DNA of 64,000 bases from Neoechinorhynchus agilis (taxonomy: Eukaryota > Animalia > Acanthocephala). The position numbers were made by a program, and so were the translations under genes. Location of the stretch: positions 11,200,784 to 11,264,783 of the forward strand of contig CM121341.1 in assembly GCA_051530055.1 (NCBI GenBank), in the 5' to 3' direction. Shown here piece after piece: positions 60,741-64,000 of this stretch. The notes under the pieces are model-generated. The model did not search any database, was not told the DNA's origin, and was given only the letters and a program-made list of their open reading frames with translations. Each line of letters starts with the position of its first letter. The first letter of the stretch is position 1.

Positions 60741-62706
60741 CACATTTTATTTGTTAATGTAAATGTTTATGCACGAAGAAGAGGATCCATGTACCAGTCA
60801 TATTGCCCTCGGTACCTCCTCCTCACATACAGACATTTTGTATAAAATTAAAGCCAATTAGAAACTCCATTTGTATATGTTGGAAATTAAACCAGTTTTA
60901 TCGTAGTTACCCAGGGGTTAAATGACCAATAAAAAAATCGACTCTGGGTACTTATTGATTGATCACCTGTTGTCATTGTGCACCAACTCCATTCCACTGG
61001 GAACGTATAATGGATTACATGTGTGCAATTCAGTGATTCGTTAGATAATGAAATCCATCAGCTTTATCTTCAAGGATCAAAGCGAAAATATACTATAATT
61101 TTACTGATAAATCGCCGGAAATACAGTCAATTTTGTGAGATGGGTCTTATGGGAGTTGGAAAATGAGCCATTCAGAAACTATCTGTAAGAGTAGCTCATA
61201 ACTAGCTCTGATTGTCCACAATGATTGCATTCGTAAGGTTGCTCTCCATAGTTTGTTTTGATGAGGGCGAGATGAATAAGAGTAATTCAATTTAATCTTT
61301 CATCCTCTATGTGGGAGTTCTTCAGAATTGATTGGAAGTTCTTATATAGTAGAAAACTAAGGCCAAAAATTTAATTGAATTACTCTTATTCATTTCGCAA
61401 TCATCAAAACAACGATTGGAATTTAGAAATCAATTTGCTGTGGCTTAAACAGTAACCAAAGCTGTTTTAAAAGTTAATAACAAGGATTTACTTAAGGATT
61501 AGACATAAAATGAACGTCGAGTCTAAAAAAACATTTGGTGTTCGACCGGTGAATAATCGATATATTTATATTGACTTTTTGCTAATGGTCAAATTTCAAA
61601 TTAAGCGTCCTTGCATGGTACTATTGACTTTTTCGAACTTTATGGTTCTATTAGATTCTTCGTGGCAATCGTTGAATTAAGACATGCGAGACAACGGAAT
61701 GCTCGGTTCCGCAAAAGATCTCATATTTAATACAGTTTTTAGTTCCTCTAACAGCGAAAACGAAATTCAAATGGAAAAAGAGAAAAGTGAGGTCGAAGGG
61801 GAATGGAAGGGGAGAGTGTAAGAGGAAAGCTGAACGAGTAGGGAAGGATATGGGAGCGTAGAAAGCAGCTGGAAAATGACAAAATGGAACCAGCAAGGAA
61901 AGATTACAAAGTAATGAATGCATTAAAGAAAAACATGACGAAAAAATCATGTTTGAATAAAGCATCAAATAGCAACATGAGCGGAAATGGAATAGACAAA
62001 GCTAAAAGTTAGTTGCTACCTAACCACTATTAAGATGTGATAATGAAAAGCGTAAAGATTATCTTAATCTTAAAACTAAGCGTGTGAAGAACTAGCGAAT
62101 GTGTAGAAATAGAGATGCGTAGGGTTGATTGCAATTAAAGAAAAATATAAATTGAAAAGATTGAAGGTATCAACTTACGTTCAATCATTTCCATTTAATG
62201 CAGTAAATTTTGAACAGTTCGGTTGTCATCTCAGTATACATGCATCTATATTTCGTCTTTACCAAGACAATAGAAAATATTATAGCAACTACGTTTAGCG
62301 CATGACCTTCCCTGCTTTTTTTTGGAAGGTTAGTCAACCTGACAAGCATTGATTCTAAGACTTAAAAATGCCATTTTTATGACTGGGTCCAAATATTTTT
62401 TTCAGCTTTAACTGGGTGACCTTGAGCAACTAGATGGTGAAAACGTATGCAAATCCGTGGATATATTCTGAGAAAATAAAACTGATTTGAAAATCAAGAA
62501 TGGCCAAGTTTGTATTTTCAGGTTTTTCAATGAAAATGCTCCCTGTAGCATTTCGAAGCGTTGAATAAGAAAAATCGCATCAAAATCTTACAAATGCTTG
62601 CTAGTGAGTTAATGACACATTCATACTAGCCGGTTGCTGCTAAGAAGCTATGTATTGGTGTCAAACCAGACGCAAAACTAAGACAATCCAAAAATGGACG
62701 TCTGAT

Positions 62707-63302
62707 CTATTGACCTCCTGACATTGGTGAATCCCCAGACGGCCCAGTGTCAGTTGTAGTGTCACGACTTTCAAAGGCTCCTTTAAGCTCCATAAAGTAG
62801 TACAGTGACATCCACAGTAGACTTGCGAATCCGAAGAACTAAAGGTTTGAAAATGCTTTAGGCGGGTTGATCTGAAGCAAAACTCACAGCAGTAGCGGCC
62901 ATTGAGCCATCGTTAGCTCCTTCGGCAGCCGCAATGATTGAAGCGAACAAAATCATTGGCAATTGGATAATAAAAAAGAATAGAGACTAAAATACAGATC
63001 AATTTACCTAAAAAGAAAATAAAACCTTACCGCGCTTCTTGCAGAAAATCTTTCCAGTCGCCCGATTTTGAAATTGAATAGACAATAGAGAATCACACAC
63101 GAAATCAATTCATAGCAAAAGACACAGAGAATCATTCCTGCTACAGCGGTTCCCGTCCGTTGAGCAACAGCGGAACATATGACAGCCAATGCAGCAATTG
63201 CCTTAAACAAGAAAGATTATTAATGGCGATAAAAACGGAAAAACTTGCGCCATTGACAAACAAGAAAATTTGCCTGCTCTTCAATATTGCCGGAATCGCC
63301 AT
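62707..63302 (-). CDS. MARVEL-domain 4-TM protein (CMTM/plasmolipin-like), about 151 aa, 4 exons
   Basis: Introns 63248-63202 (GC-AG, 47 nt), 63030-62987 (44 nt) and 62887-62839 (49 nt) give ILKSRQIFLFVNGAIAALAVIC...MILFASIIAA...AATAFFGFASLLWMSLYYF, with four hydrophobic segments. Confidence 0.7.
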
Positions 63303-63579
63303 ATCTGAAAAGTTAAGGTATACAGGACGATTGAGCAGATATGAATTGTTACTGGTCGAATAAATAGCTGTGTAGCGAATCAAAATGCGCATACTTAGTC
63401 CTTGTCTGTCTATTTTAAAAAGGTGGCTAAATAATGTTCGTTTTTCACATTATTTTTAACAGAATTCAAGATTCAAAGATATAAAAATTGGTTTTAAAGA
63501 CCGGAACGTTGTCTTTCGTTTTCAGCAGTAAGCCATCGGAATGGATCTTATAAAACCGCATCATATGTGAACGATTGTG

Positions 63580-63998
63580 CTAAACAATAACCAAAAATAT
63601 GGTTGCAATAGCGTCACATTGCACACGCGGCAGTCGATGGGATTGAACGTATAAAAGCTGCAGAAAAAACCCAAGAAAATAAGCGCTTCTCGTGTTACGA
63701 TCGCAATCTTTGTCTGCATTGCGACACATACAATCATAAGAGTTTGTACCGTAAGGAAGCATGTACGCGATCGACGGTAGTTGTTGATAGATGACTTAAA
63801 ATCTTACCCGTTTGAATACTATACCGAATTGTTTCCCTGTTGGGAGCAACAGTGGTTGTATGCGAAGCCAAAGAGACACAATTGAAGAACACTGTTCTCT
63901 TCGAGTATAAACCAATTTCGGAATGCAGGACAACATTCCCGAGTAGTGATGAATTCATCATTCCACGATAAAAACTTGAGATGATACCTCTTTTCCGG
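63580..63998 (-). CDS. Possible exons of a Cys-rich protein running off the window end
   Basis: Open frame 63998-63819 (RECCPAF...NHCCSQ) and 63762-63580 (YDCMCRNADKDCD plus a hydrophobic stretch). Splicing unresolved. Confidence 0.25.
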
Positions 63999-64000
63999 GG

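Noticed and set aside
1-64000. tRNA, rRNA or snRNA genes
   Set aside because: None recognised by eye; a covariance-model scan would be needed to exclude them.

Overview
AT-rich, compact eukaryotic (animal) DNA, read manually without database searches. The cytoplasmic intermediate-filament signature (LLEGSENSVGLREIAEKV) and the GPCR type suggest a non-arthropod invertebrate, possibly a spiralian (inference). Genes are intron-poor, and most resolvable introns are 44-61 nt. Recognisable genes: a tandem-BRCT C-terminus, a CDC42EP/BORG-like CRIB protein, a KCNQ1-like K+ channel, an LRR-like type I membrane protein, a PRIM2-like primase subunit, a class A GPCR, an RNF8-like RING plus zinc-knuckle protein, RCL1, a CUL1-like cullin, STIP1/Hop, an intermediate filament, an AA15 LPMO-like protein and a MARVEL protein. 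Intergenic DNA holds retroelement relics (CR1/L2-type LINE, four CRE-like RLE fragments, Penelope-like GIY-YIG elements, gypsy RT), three tandem arrays and many foldback palindromes. The most interesting observations: (1) a set of 140-300 bp foldback hairpins built from Penelope termini, several carrying hammerhead-ribozyme-like cores; (2) an intronless RING/zinc-knuckle gene enclosed by inverted minisatellite arms with a 90-bp perfect inverted match; (3) homology-supported exon junctions in three genes that lack a phase-compatible GT-AG pair; (4) a satellite derived from the start of an RTE ORF; (5) host proteins that have lost key functional residues (LPMO His-brace, Hop TPR1 clamp, KCNQ pore-helix WW).
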